Source: Klebsormidium nitens
Lineage: Eukaryota; Plantae; Klebsormidiophyceae
Direction: 5' to 3'
Assembly (NCBI GenBank): GCA_000708835.1
Contig: DF236981.1
Coordinates: forward strand, 124,001 to 188,000
DNA: 64,000 nucleotides
The translations under genes and the position numbers were made by a program. A model generated the notes under the pieces. That model had not been told where the DNA came from. It searched no databases and was given only the letters and a program-made list of their open reading frames with translations. The stretch's first letter is position 1. Each line of letters opens with the position of its first letter. Shown piece after piece: positions 48,746 to 61,500 of the stretch.

Positions 48746-51213
48746 CTAATCGTGCTTCACTTCGACATCCTTGGTCTCGTGCTTGACGGCCTCCTCTTTC
48801 TTGGGGACCTTCACCTCCAGCACTCCATTGTCGAACTTGGCCTCGATCTTGGACGTGTCCGCGTTGGCGGGAAGCCTGCAGATGACGACACGTGGTACCT
48901 TTTGGAGCGTTCTAAAAGCGCTCCACCGTTGGGTATTTCAGCAAGAAGGATGCGCTCAGAAAGGAAGCTACCAAGAAACCGGCAGGCGTTGAGAGAGCGG
49001 ACGGAAAGAAGTCGAGCAGATCAAGCAACAGTGTCTGGCATGAAACTGGCCGTCGAGAGGTCGCATGCCGTTCCAACTTTGTACCTCAAGGCGCAAGGGG
49101 CTTTGAAATCGATCAATAAATTGAGCATTTTTTTGCGGATCACGGCTGTTTTGCCCTCCAATCCTCTGGGTGGCAGTTCAATCATCTCGCTCGTGTAGAG
49201 CAGGCACTCTCATAGTAAGCAAGGGGAACTAAGTAAACAGTTATTTGAGGACTAAATCAAGCAGCAGTTTCGCACATTGCTATGCTTAGAGAGGACCATC
49301 AGCCGACGCGCAGGGTGTAGAGAAGCACTAAAAGTGGGTCAGAAAGAATCCTCGAAGGGATCCTTTTCTCTCAATGACCAGGCCCGCTGAGCGTTTATGA
49401 GCGCAATAGTCTTGGGCGAGCTTTTCGCGGCCGCACCTGAACTCACACTCGAGGACGTACTGGAATCCCTCAGAGGATCTCTTTATGCCCTAAATTCAAT
49501 AAGTTGACGCGCTCGTTGTAAACTCACAGCCGAGTACGTCACTGAAAGCAAAACCTTGTGTGCCCAATCTCAAAATCCGAAACCCTCTGACGCGCGCGTC
49601 GCGGCCGCACCTGAACCGGCGCATGAAGAAGTCGCCCCGCTCGGCGCGGTGGAAGGTGAAGTCCTGGCCCTTGGGCGTCGTGTTGCGCTCCGCGCGAATC
49701 ACCAGCGTGCGGTCCTGCTCCAGCTGGACCTTCACGTTCTCCTTGGGAACGCCTAGAGAGTTACGGAAAGCGGGTTGCGCGTGCGCGAGCGCTGTGATCT
49801 TCTTGAAGTTACGCTGCTGAGGCTTCCGGCGGAGAAATCACTCTTCGTGTTAAAGCACCCAGCTTTGACTACTGCCCACAAGGTAGAATCTGTGAAACAA
49901 AGAGTCCTGAACTAGGCGCTTCGATCTTGATATTACATAAGGATATCGCTTGACGTTGAGGAGCCGGAGTCCAATCCGCTGCCCTGCGAAAGTCTTCTAA
50001 GGATGTCTATCGTAGGGAGCAACTTCGGCAAAAACAAGTCCTCTGCGGTACATGCTATGGGGGCCATCCTGGCCCGCAACGTTTCCGAAATTGCTGGTAC
50101 GGAGCGGCATGCATGTAGTTCCAAGTCGTCTTCTTTTATTTTGGCCAGGATTTGATAATGTTTCTCAAGTATCCAGATCGAATGAAGAAACGACACTTGG
50201 AACTAACCTACGTCAATATGTTACATTTTCAGCTGCCAACCCCTTCGTAACTTCGCTTGCCTTCTCGAAAGCTCAAATTGTTGCAAGTAGCCAAATCTTA
50301 GGAGAGATGAAGCCCTGAAGGAGAGAGAAGCTGAAGGGCAAAAGGCCTTCAAAGAGCCGGAACACTGGAGAAACGAAAGATTGGGGATACGAACTCGGTT
50401 TAAAAAGCTGACTTCCTCGAGAAACTGAAAGCTGCGAGTGCTGAAGCATTTTAGAAGAACAAGAGTCAAGGATATAGACGGCCTTTCTCACCAGGCATAT
50501 CGATGAAGAAGACATGGGCGTCCGGGTACTCCACCTGGGCGACGCAATCTTTGCTTCAGAGATCTCGCAAGAAAGCTCCTTCCAAATCCGCCTTTCGCAT
50601 CCGCGCTAGACCAGAAGTATGTTCAATCATTTGTAGCATGCTTGAAGCAGATAAAGCTGAATTGGAATCTCTCGTGCTTAGATTTGGAATATCTGGGTAA
50701 GCGAAGGTGTTTCTTTCAGCGACTTACTCTCCACAGCTGTCGCATTGCCGTTTCTTGCCAGGCACAAGTAGAAGTGATCTTTGCAAGTGACACTGCTTTC
50801 CCTGCTTTAAGTCCTCAATCTACTCCCCAAGCAAGTTATACCCAATTCCCACTAATTTAGATTCCTCCCTCAATAAAGAACAAGAGTATCTTGCACCAAC
50901 AACCAGAACATCGACAAAACGCATTTCCAATCTCCTAAAAAAATGGCCGGGGAGAGCCCCTCACCCAGTCGACATCGGTGTTCAGGATGGCCCTCCGCTC
51001 GCGCATCGTCCTGGCCCACTGGTCGGGGTCGGTGTTATCCCCCCGGTAGAAGCCGGGCGCGCGCGCGCCCGAGCCGTACCAGTCCCCAAAACCCCCAAAC
51101 CCTCCCCCAAACCCTCCCCCGCCCCACGTGCCCCAGGGGTCGGTGAGCCCGGAAGAGCCCAGGTCGAAAAAGGGGTCCAGGGTGAAGGGGCGGTTGAAGC
51201 TACTGAGCGCCAT
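48746..51213 (-). CDS. Small heat-shock protein (HSP20/alpha-crystallin domain), cytosolic class-I-like, 187 aa
   Basis: Exons 51213-50965, 50534-50492, 49752-49611 and 48875-48746 (564 nt). Motifs DVDWVEYPDAHVFFIDMPGVPKENVKV, HRAERGDFFMRRFRLPANADTSKIEAKFDNGVLEVKVPK and a C-terminal DVEV. Confidence 0.93.
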
Positions 51214-51248
51214 GGTTGCAGTCGAAGCGGAAAGGAGCAGAATCGCGA

Positions 51249-51269
51249 GAAGAAGAAGAAGAAGAAGAA
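51249..51269. repeat. (GAA)7 microsatellite in the sHSP 5' UTR region
   Basis: Seven perfect GAA units. Confidence 0.9.
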
Positions 51270-51442
51270 ACGAAGCTCACGCGCGAGCACTTTCTGTCCG
51301 GAAAGAAGAGCAGGGCGCCTCAAATTTTCTGGGATGTGGACGCCTAATCAATTTGGCTTGCTTTTTTGCTGAGTATAAAAATGAGCACGAGATCTTGTGG
51401 TCACGCTTTGGGCAGAGTCGAGTCGAATTGGAAAGGTTATAT

Positions 51443-51714
51443 TGAAGGTTCAAAACCAGTAAGATTTTCTCTCGGGCTGACGTTTCTGGTTTCCTGGATA
51501 AGTCAAACCGAGGAAGAATGCATGACATGCTCACGTGATGGTGACTACGGTCCTCGACCTGCCAGCACAGCGAATACGAGCAGTAAACTCTGTCCAGCTC
51601 GGCGATCATCTTCGGTTTTTGATTATTTTCAGCGCAGCTTGTGCCTTAAGACCCTCAGAGTGTATTCTGTAGCAAACTGACACCTGGCACTGCGCCACGG
51701 TTCCATTCTGGAAG
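51443..51714. promoter_or_regulatory. Candidate heat-shock elements upstream of the sHSP gene
   Basis: nGAAnnTTCn at 51443-51452 (tGAAggTTCa) and nTTCnnGAAn at 51705-51714 (aTTCtgGAAg). Each has only two units, so either could be chance. Confidence 0.3.
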
Positions 51715-53282
51715 CTATTCGCCCGTCATGCATGTGAAGCAGCAGCGCGCGCTGCCGCGCATGATCTGACCGCAAATCCGATGGTAAACCTGCATCAGTT
51801 TTTGCTTTCTTGATTGCATGGCGCCACAGATCAGTGCACCCGCAATAGTCAGACGCTCTCTAAACGGCTAGAGGCCGGGCCCGAGAGCGGCACATGTGAT
51901 TGATCTGATCTATTAGTACGTTGCCCGGGGTACGTCGCGCGGGATTGACTCAGGCGCTTGGCGGCTTGGATCGGATTCGTCAATCAAACTAACGGCCAGC
52001 CGCGGCAATCATGTGTCGCTTGACGAGCAGCCTCCTCGCTTTTGAGCCTGAATTCAGTGGTTCGATCAGCATGATCGTACAGCATGATGCTCAGCATGAA
52101 ATTTATGCCATTTCTTGGTCGGCTGTGGATTCACGGACAATCCTTCCAAGTTCAAAGTGAGGGACACGGCTCTCGGGTTTCAACATGGGTCAAATATGCT
52201 TATGTGCACACTCTACGCGAGGGTGGAAACACCGACGCACTAAAGCTTGTCCTATGTTTGATTTCTCTACGGCCAATTTGGTGGTTGCATGATTTCAGAT
52301 GGTTTCACGGGTCTATCACAAGATCGAACACGAGAGCAGATGTTCTGCTCTGCTGATTTGCACCTCAGGCTACATGGCGGCTACGCGATTCCTACCGCCA
52401 TCCTACCAGCCCGGAAGCGAAAGATGTTTCTACAACATTCGAACATAGCGGGGCCCAGTGACTAGAAGTAAACGGGTTATGAGACAACTGACTAGTGTTT
52501 ACGGCTTCCGAGGTAGTGTAGAAGTAGTGACGTAACGTAGTCATAGCTAAACCTCAGCTGCAAATCTAGATCTTAGTCATAGTACAAACTCGTGACCACC
52601 TCATTTCATGTTTCCGAACTCAAAAGCTCCATGCTTCGGTACGGGCTTGTTAACTGATGTATGTATCGATGTTGCAGAGTGAGAGTAGCCTAAATAGTAG
52701 CCGGGCGGGCCACGTCATGCACTCACACGTAAGTTCACAGTTGTTGCTGATGGCTTTTACTGGTCATTGGAGAGCTTCCAGTGATGGAGTATTGTACTTG
52801 AAGGCATGCACGAGATGCTCCGCCGGCATGCGATGCGCGCGCCATCAACAATGTATACCAGCTCGCAAGCTAGACCATATCTGTCCAACCCGGCCTCTAC
52901 TGACTCACAGTAAGCATGTGGTCCGTTGATAGAACATCGAGGCTTTCATCGAAAGCTGCTGTTGTCGGCCATGGTCTGCGATTCTTAAGTTGGCAACATG
53001 CTGCAATTAGTGACTCATTGCCGTGTAACACCTGTAGGGCCGCTGCCCAATACAGGGGTCTGCATAACGACTCTCAATTCACCTGAGTACTGACTTCGAT
53101 ATCCACCTAGGCTTCCAAAGGGCTACGATGCAACTCGGTATTGCTAGTCGCTTCGGAAACCAGTGAACCTTGAGAGCTGCCAGTGGGCGTCAACGAGTCG
53201 TCGTATCAAAGCGCCCAATAAGGGGTGTGCGCAAACGGAATAACCGGGATACTGTACACGGGCCGCAGGTTCACAACCTGCG

Positions 53283-56200
53283 TCACTGTTCCTTCAGCAG
53301 CTTCGGGGGCTTCGCTGGTAACCCGCTGCTTTCCAAAGCCTCCGCTGCTTTTGCCTGCCAACAAACAGGAAGCAGCCTCGTCATGCTGTTGCTGAAGGCC
53401 TCGATCTGAATCGGTCATAACATGCCGTGGTGACGTCACTATGACGTCAACATAATGAGGTTCGAAGGGAGCTGCTTTTAAAGCCCACAGAATACTGACA
53501 ATCTGATTCCAATGGCCTTTTGGAAGAGAATGTCAATTCACCTATGGCCTTACTCTATTTTTCAAATGCCCACTGAGAATTCGCGTCCAGACAAGAGTCC
53601 TCAACAAGACGACAGTCGAAGATAAGTCGCCTTACCTCCACTGTCCGCCTTCTCTTTTTCCGGTATTGCTGCAATCGCTCCTTCAGCAATTTTACCTGGC
53701 AATGTAGGAGACAACGGTTGAGCAGGTTCCTTGACCACGGCCCCGAGTACGCAACCGAAGAAGGCAGTGGTTGATTCCAATTGAGAGTTTCTTCTCTTTT
53801 CAGAGCGACGTCAACATGACACCCGCCTTCGTCATGGCGCCTGTCGTTGGTTTCAACCAGCAAAGCACACACGAATACCGTACCAGCGTTTAATTTCGTC
53901 AGGTTCGACGCCAAATAATTAATTATGAAACGTTTGAGGACTTCGGCAGACCTAATGTTACCTGCTAAAACATACCGTTATCGATCCATTACCGCTTGAA
54001 ATATATTTCTGAAATTTTCGGCAAGGCCGAACAATAATTTATTTGATGACGAAATTAAACGCTGGTACGGTATATCTTGTCGTTTCAAGGTTTGAAAGGT
54101 TGCACGCGGTCTCCCAAGCTGAAAATCAACAGAGCACGGCTGGGGTTCCCGATCACAAACCAAGACACGCAGATTGGACAATCGAGGCCATCCTTTTGAA
54201 AAAAGGCGATAAGGTCGAAACATGTCAGCGGAATTCAAAACAGCAAAGGAGGGCACACCTCTTCCAAAGATCCGTTGATGGGTACGACGTCGTTCGGAGC
54301 GTACGCCTTCCCGCAAGATGGACAACACGGGTCTGTGACCTGCAGCCAATCACAGACCGATAAGTCAGCAAGCATCAAGTAGAGGAACACTTCAAAGGCT
54401 CGAGACGCAACCTGCCCTAGGCTATGAGATCTATGGACTCTTGAGGTCTCATGTGAATTTGACTATGTTCATGGAGACGTTTTCGGTGCCTAAAAAACCC
54501 TCGCAACAAGTGATACTCTTTGACTGGTACTCTCTGACGCCCAAATGTTGCTGAATCTCCTCCAAAAGTGGCGTGTAAGCTGGTGACACGAAAGAGTGAC
54601 GTAAGCACAACTTGGACTCGCAAGGGCTCGGACGGCGCTCTCTGATATTAGGCGGTCTACACCAGTGTTTTTATACAACCCCTGAAGCTGAAAACTGCTC
54701 CGACCGTGTTCGGTCAGTGGTTTGGAGCCTTGCCTCGAGCAGCGCCTTTTTTGCAAAGACGTGTCCGCAGCTAGCCAAGGCTGCGAACCTGCGAAGAGTG
54801 AAGGGAGACACCAAGTCAGAAAGAGGCTCCACAAGTCCGCAGAAATGCACCAATCGCACCTGAACGTTTTTCCCCACTGCGCTAAGATCGCTCTACTCTC
54901 ATATAGCTGCTGCCAGTGGCTCACAACAGACACTTCTCGCCATCCCTGTCCTTATCAATCCCTCTCACCTGATGCAAGCAAGGCCCAAAGAGGAAGAAAG
55001 CAGGGGTTTCCGGGGCGGGCCAAGCCCCCCTTGGCGACCGGTGGACATTTAAAGTTTTACGAAAAGCGTGCACAAATCTTTCGTAGCTCAGGCCCAAGCG
55101 CGACCAAATTGGAGTAGCAGGGTAATGGGCAAAAGAACAACATAACGTAGCCATTTTCAAAAATTGTTTTTTCCGCAAACTCACGGGTGGCGTAGGCTCG
55201 GGGAGACGTGTGTGATTGGGCACACCCAAGGAAGATTGTCTCTGGAACGGGCCGCCTCGTCGTCGTTCCGGAGTGGCTCACGCAGCAATTGCACCTCGAA
55301 GATGCTCTGCACGAAGAGATGTAAGAATGAGCCCCTTTGTGAACCAGCCAGTATCTTCATCTCGGAAGAAAGCCCGAATGAAGGGCCTTCGAGAGATCTG
55401 AAAGCATGGCATGTTGAACGGCGAGCAGAAGCAAACATAGGAAGAATTTCCGTAAATGAAGGGCTCACAAAACTAGACAGGCGAAAAGAGACATTGAGGC
55501 GAGCAGATACGATGGAGTCTTTGGGATCTGAGCCTCCGCAACAGAACGGCCTGGTCACGAACGAGGCTGAGCAAGGAACCAATAAGCAGGCGCATGCGAA
55601 GACGGGGTCTCCTAGCTCACAGCCCATCAAGGCGATATAGACTTGACAATCGTCAAGGACACTTGAAGTGCTGTTTCTATTATATTTGTTGCCAGACCTT
55701 CCAAGTAATACCAAAAGGGGCTGCTGATTATATTCTACTCACCTTGGCCGACTTCAGATGCCCAAAGTCCTCAGCGAATTGCTTCTGGTTATCGTACCGC
55801 CACTGCATGAACCAGCACGTCGCTTTGAGAACATACCACTGATAAAAGGCTTCACTCTTGGAAGTTTGTGTACCTGTATCACGACTTTTGGGTTGTCCAA
55901 CTTTTGACCGTTCGAATGATGGACTCATCTCGTCATGCAAGGGAGCGGGCGGTCTCATGCTTTTGCAAATTTATGCAAATGATCCAGCAATCATGCGAAA
56001 ACCACACGAACAATGTAGATGTAGAGGCATCCAAGTTGCTATAGCAAGCAAGGGGTGCTTTCATACTGATCTTTCAAAGAGAATTACAATCCGATGAATC
56101 TGCTAAGATCGTAGCATAAGGCAAAGATGGAAGCAGGGGTACTCATCGTCCGCACTTCTGACGACCAGAAAACACTTTCGCAGAATTTCTGGCCGTCTTC

Positions 56201-57353
56201 ACACACAAAGAAACTCGAAAGCCTAACCTCGGATGACTCGTCCAAGAACAGGTCGTTCTTAGCCAACAGAAACTCCAGCACGCTCTCCCGATTGTATCTG
56301 CAGAGCACATACGAAGAATTTCGTCAGCCTGCTTGATGCTATCCAGTCAGCATTCCCAAGAATCTTATCAGAAATGTCAGCGAAACACTCAAAGCCCGAC
56401 ATGATTACAGCTGTCTCGGAATCTGTCGTATTCCCAGTACAGCTGGACATGATGAGCAGAACGACCTCGTGGGATGACTACCATAGAGGATGAAATCAAA
56501 CCGATAAAAGGACCGCCCAGGACACTTCGAAAACGTCAAGAGCAAGCTGACTATGGACAAGAGGCTCGTCAAGCGGGAGTGACTCACAATCTTCCAAGAT
56601 GGCAAGCAGCGATCGGTTCCCTGCAGAGCAACAAACTGACACAAGTGAGCCTCTAGTTCCCCACAGTAATACCATGTCCGACTTCGGTCAATCATGAATC
56701 AGACAGAAAAGCGCAGCCTACTTCACGTCACCATAGTTCCGACGAGGCTGTAACGCCCTACGAAATCTGTGTGAGGTGAGGAAGAAGGGCGCAGAAAGTG
56801 GAAACTCAAACAGATACGGAAGGGGACTACTATTTCGATACCTGAGGGCCTGACCAGTCAGAGAACAGGAAGACCACTTGGCAACCACTAGATCTTCTGC
56901 CGAAGCGGCCTCCCTCGGCGCCACATAACCATCACCAATCTGCAAAGAACAAATGCATAAGTCATTAATGATCCTCCAATGGCATTCCCTGAATGAATCA
57001 CATCCCTCCAACTCTTAAATGCGGAAAGCTCCACTACCAGCGAGATGCTTTCAGACACGAAGCGGCGGACAAACTTTGCCACATTGCGTCGCTTCTTGCC
57101 AGAATGCCACGTTTCGCCTCTGACAAATCCTGCTTTTGAGAGGCAAGGACGCACGCTTTGACATACTGCTCAAAAGCCACGAGCTCATTCCAAAAAGCAA
57201 AGCCTCGCCCTTCTAATGAGAAGTAAAACGGTGCGAGTCTTTCACCTGCCCACCCCGTGTGGAGCGACTGCTGCTGTCGGCCTGGTTGACACGCCATGAT
57301 TGACCACGAATTACATCACTGCGGCTGATGATCGTTCCTCCATCCAGCCCCAT
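53283..57353 (-). CDS. RTF2: Replication termination factor 2 (RTF2)-like RING protein
   Basis: Exons encode MGLDGGTIISRSDVI (ATG at 57353), EDLVVAKWSSCSLTGQALR, YNRESVLEFLLAK, FGHLKSAK, WVCPIT, FAALASCGHVFAKKALLE, CPSCGKAYAPNDVVPING and VKLLKERLQQ, in the expected Rtf2 order. The last exon, stop and any 5' extension are uncertain. Confidence 0.8.
53875..54073. repeat. Inverted repeat with 27-bp perfect arms in an RTF2 intron (MITE-like or hairpin)
   Basis: ataccgtaccagcgtttaatttcgtca at 53875-53901 is the exact reverse complement of 54047-54073, with weaker similarity on both sides. Confidence 0.8.
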
Positions 57354-58517
57354 GATAAGCTCCAAGTTGCTTCAGATGATAAGATAAGGGCCGGAGAGAA
57401 ATCTTGGCTGCCAGACTCAAGAGGGAACTGCCTGCAAGTGCTCCTAGACTTTGTTCCTTAAACGGAGCTTTGCGGCACAATGCTGATTTGGCAGCTCATC
57501 TTTGTCTAGCCGCCGAAAAGTACGTGGGACCACTTGATGGTGGTGGTGGTACAGCTCTTTTCAAGGCTTTTGTCTGTTATTGGAAGAGAGAAGCTCGAAA
57601 GGTCTAAGCTAGCCAAGTCTGAACTGCATATAGCGGCAGCTCATTTCGACGTTCTTTCAAGCTTCCATCCTGCCTGAAGTTAGCAAGTTGCTTGCATAGA
57701 GCTGCAGCCGGCTCTCAACATGGTACGTGAATAGAAGTGAGAATTCTTTAGGAGAACGCTTGAGGACTGGCCACACAAGCCACCTAAAAGCCAGCTTAAC
57801 ATAGGGCCCAGCCACCAAGATTTCGACGCTTCATCTGCAGAGAGTGGCTGAAGATTTTCCACAACTTTGAAAGCAGATGCGAGAGCACGAGGAGCCCAAA
57901 GCCCAGAATGCGTGGCGCTCTCACCCCTCTCTCACCACAGAAAGAGGAGCTGCCTTCCAAAAAGATCCCCCTGCTCAGGCTTCAAGTTCAGCAGCATTGT
58001 AGGTATTATACTGTATTGGCACATTCGTTTTACTCAAAAAACACAATTTGTGTGCAAATTCCATCAAAACCAGCGCATCTCCGGGAGCTTACCTTGGATG
58101 TGCCAGGGAACGGCAGGAACGGTACCGTAACGTACCGAGTGGTCGATGCCTTCTTGAAAGGCTGGGCCGTTACCGTCACGTACGGCATTCCTTCAGCATC
58201 TCATCAAGGCATAAGCCAAGAGAATACCTGAATTTATCAGCCGAATTTCATTGACTGCTCTACATAGCACGCACTTTGACATGCATCCAGGATGCATCCA
58301 GAGTTTGCAGAGCTTTCAAGAGTGCTCTAAGAGACGCCTCAGGACCTGGCGCGCCAGCTGCGAGGTGGACAGAACGAAGGGCAGAGTCACAGAGCCTGAG
58401 GTTCGTGAGGGACTGTAATCAGTCAGCCGGGGGGTATTGATCTGTTCCGCCCCGGCTCTGCAGAAGTGGGGAAACACAGTACCACCCCTTGCAGGATATT
58501 GGTAGGCCAGGACTCCA

Positions 58518-61500
58518 ATGGCGGACGCTCCAAAGTCTGTTCCAAAGCAGGATGTTGGCATCGGGAGCGCTTCCGTCCAGGGCATTGCAGAAGGCGTTGC
58601 AGATGCTGCGTCTAAGCTTGCAAACGTTGCGCTTGGGAAATCAGATATCCAAGGTAAGTTGTCAACTGATGTCAATGCTTTCTGCCGGACATGCAAACTG
58701 AATGTGATATATCATTGCGAGACTCTGTGAAGTGCTTTCTGAATGCTATTCCTCGTTCATGCAGATTCAAATGGTTCAACGCATTTCAATGCTGTGCTGA
58801 TTTAGCATGTTTGCTTTTGAGAGGTGGTTGGAGGGCTCACTTCCAAAAAAGCGCACCACCCTTTACGAGAGTGTTGTGTGGCACTTCCAGTGAAGCTTGG
58901 CATGTTCTTACTCCTGTTAGCAGAGCTGTTTGAATTTGGTGCTTGTCAGACTAGTGATTCGATCGGGCACTGCAACGTGAAAGCCAATTGGCAGCTGCTG
59001 ACCATGCTAATGCTGGGTGTAATGATATCAAAATAAACATTTGATCAAGATTTCATGCTTGGAACTGATTTTGTCCTGGCACAGTCAACTGTGCAACGGT
59101 GCGAAAGGAAGCGGAGAATCTCACAACAAGAAGGTGCTTAGCTTGATTCTTTATTGATTTGGACGGTATCTAGACGCCAGATGAGGGAAAGCTCATTGAT
59201 AGAGCCTTGTGCTTTCAGAACCTACCGCTGAGAAGCCAAGCAAAGAAGCACCGGAGGGCGGCAAGAAGAAGGACCCCAAGGCCGACAAAAAGGCGGAGCG
59301 GATGGCCAAGAGAGAGGCGCAGGCGGCCGCCGCGAAGGCGGCCACTTCAGAAGCGGACCCCCTGGCTGGTACGATAGCGACGGGTCTTCTTCTGACATGA
59401 AAGTCATGTTGTGATTGTCTCTTGTGATTACAAACTTTATTGAAATCTCTATTCTTCTTGTTTGGGTGCACGTGGTTCGTTCTTTGGGCCCAGGTTGAAG
59501 CAATGCTCAAAGTCTTTCAAGTAAAACCATTGTCAATTGGATAAAACCAGGCTGATGCGGCCAGAAACTTGCGCAGCTATGAATTTCTTCGCTCTTTACC
59601 CGCTTGTGCGGGCTCCGCTGAAGTCAGTTCCCCTCTTCGGCATCATTGCTAATCCAGAACCGCGTCCCACTCGTTGATCTGCGGAATCCTTCTCAATCCT
59701 ATCACGATCCCAGGGATGTTGATTCTGATCTCTTGTTTTACTTGGTCTTTTTGCAGACAACTACGGCGACATGCCGACCGTCCAGTCTCAAGCCAAATCC
59801 GGCCATAAGTGGACCCCCGTCCGCACCCTCACCTCCGCTCTCGACAAGCAAGAAGTCCTCATCCGGGGGCGCGTTCACACCGTGCGAGCCAAGGGCAAGT
59901 CGGCGTTCCTGGTGGTTCGGGAGGGAGGCGCGACGGTGCAGGTTGCGTTTTTCGTCGATGAGAAAGTGGTCAGCAAGCAGATGGTGAAGTACATTTCGGG
60001 CCTGAGCAAGGAGTCGATCGTGGACGTGTGGGGGGTGGTCTCGGTGCCGCCCGAGGCGCTGGCGTCAACAACGCAGCAGGTGAGGGGGTCAGCCGGAATG
60101 TTGCATCTAGCAGGAGTGGGCCTGTGGAAGTTTTGGAGGGCTGAAGTCAACCTGAGGGAATCCCGTTCGTAAGATAGGAAATCCCAGACCTTCTAGACCT
60201 ACTAGACCTTCTAGACCTACTTTTTACTACCGTCTAACTACTACTTAAGGTCTGCCGTTGTCAAAGTGGACGATTTAAGCTTACGAAGGTTTGTCGTCAT
60301 TGATGATGATGATCTGAGACGACGCACCTTCTTGCTCACATCGTCGTTGTGCTTTGAAATTGACAATTCTGCCTTTTCAACAACACCTGAGTCCTTGTGC
60401 TTGCAACGTTTTTGATGGCTCATCTAGCTATTTTCCGTGATGGTGTCAAAGTATCACTTTTTAGTACCCTGTAATGCAACACGCAGGCAGGAAAGCCCGT
60501 TTGCTGATGGAAACTATCTCATGTATGTTAGGTTGAGTTGAGCGGGCGGAAGATCTATGCCGTGAACAAGGCGACGCCACAGCTGCCCATCAGCGTTGAC
60601 GATGCTGCGAGAAGCGAGCAAGCAATTGCAGAGGGAGAAAAGGTGAGCTGTGGGTGGCTTCAAGGAGTCTCTGTCGATATTGGACTCCTGACAGATGCCT
60701 GATCGTCCTTGAATAGTGATGTAGTTCTATCTCTCAAGCTTTGGATTGGGGGGACGTGTTGTTGATGAATGTCCAGTACGCACCGTGCAGTCAGGTTGTG
60801 CCCAGTCCGGAGCGTATCTACTAGATGAGCGCGGTCGTACCTTGCCCTTCTTTATGCGCAAGTTGCCCCCCGACGATCTTAAGAAGGCCGACTTCGGGAC
60901 GAATGTGTGCGTACTCGTTCCGAGTTTGAGACACTGCTTAAAGTGGGCGTAGGGCTCGCGAGTCATTTTTGATCGGACGGTACATTCCACCGAGTTGAAT
61001 TTATCGGAGGGTGTACGTTGATTGTTTTCTGTCGTCGTCACGCTCCGGTGATGCCGTCGGTGTGACGGCCTACGCCCACTTTAATAAGCGCGGATGTGTC
61101 TCTGTGTTCGACTGCCTCCTCGACACGGCTACTTTCAGGATCCAAGTATGCCTGGCGGAGCTGACGTCGTTTGTCTGCCGGTTGCCTTGCAGAAGGGGGA
61201 GAAGTATGTGCGAGTTTCTCAGGACACGCGCCTGAACAACCGGTCGATCGACCTGCGGACGCCTGCAAACCAGGGCATCTTCCGGATCCAATCGCAAGTC
61301 AGCCAGGTAAGCATTCAGAAAGTTGAAAGCCTACTTCAGCCTTCAATCGAGCGGAAGGAAGCCAGGCTTGGTCCTCTTCTTTGCTTGCTCTGATGCTCCT
61401 CTCGATTCGTTTCCCAGGTCAAATTGAGCTTTCGATTGTGCTTATACGGCGCTTCCTCAGTTGCTCTGTCTTCTGAAGTTCTTCGATACCCACGCTCTCG

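Noticed and set aside
57930-58230. Possible upstream exons giving RTF2 an N-terminal ubiquitin-like extension as in land plants
   Set aside because: Candidate exons could not be joined in a consistent phase; they may be 5' UTR.
60186-60221. 18-bp tandem duplication agaccttctagacctact
   Set aside because: Simple intronic slippage repeat.
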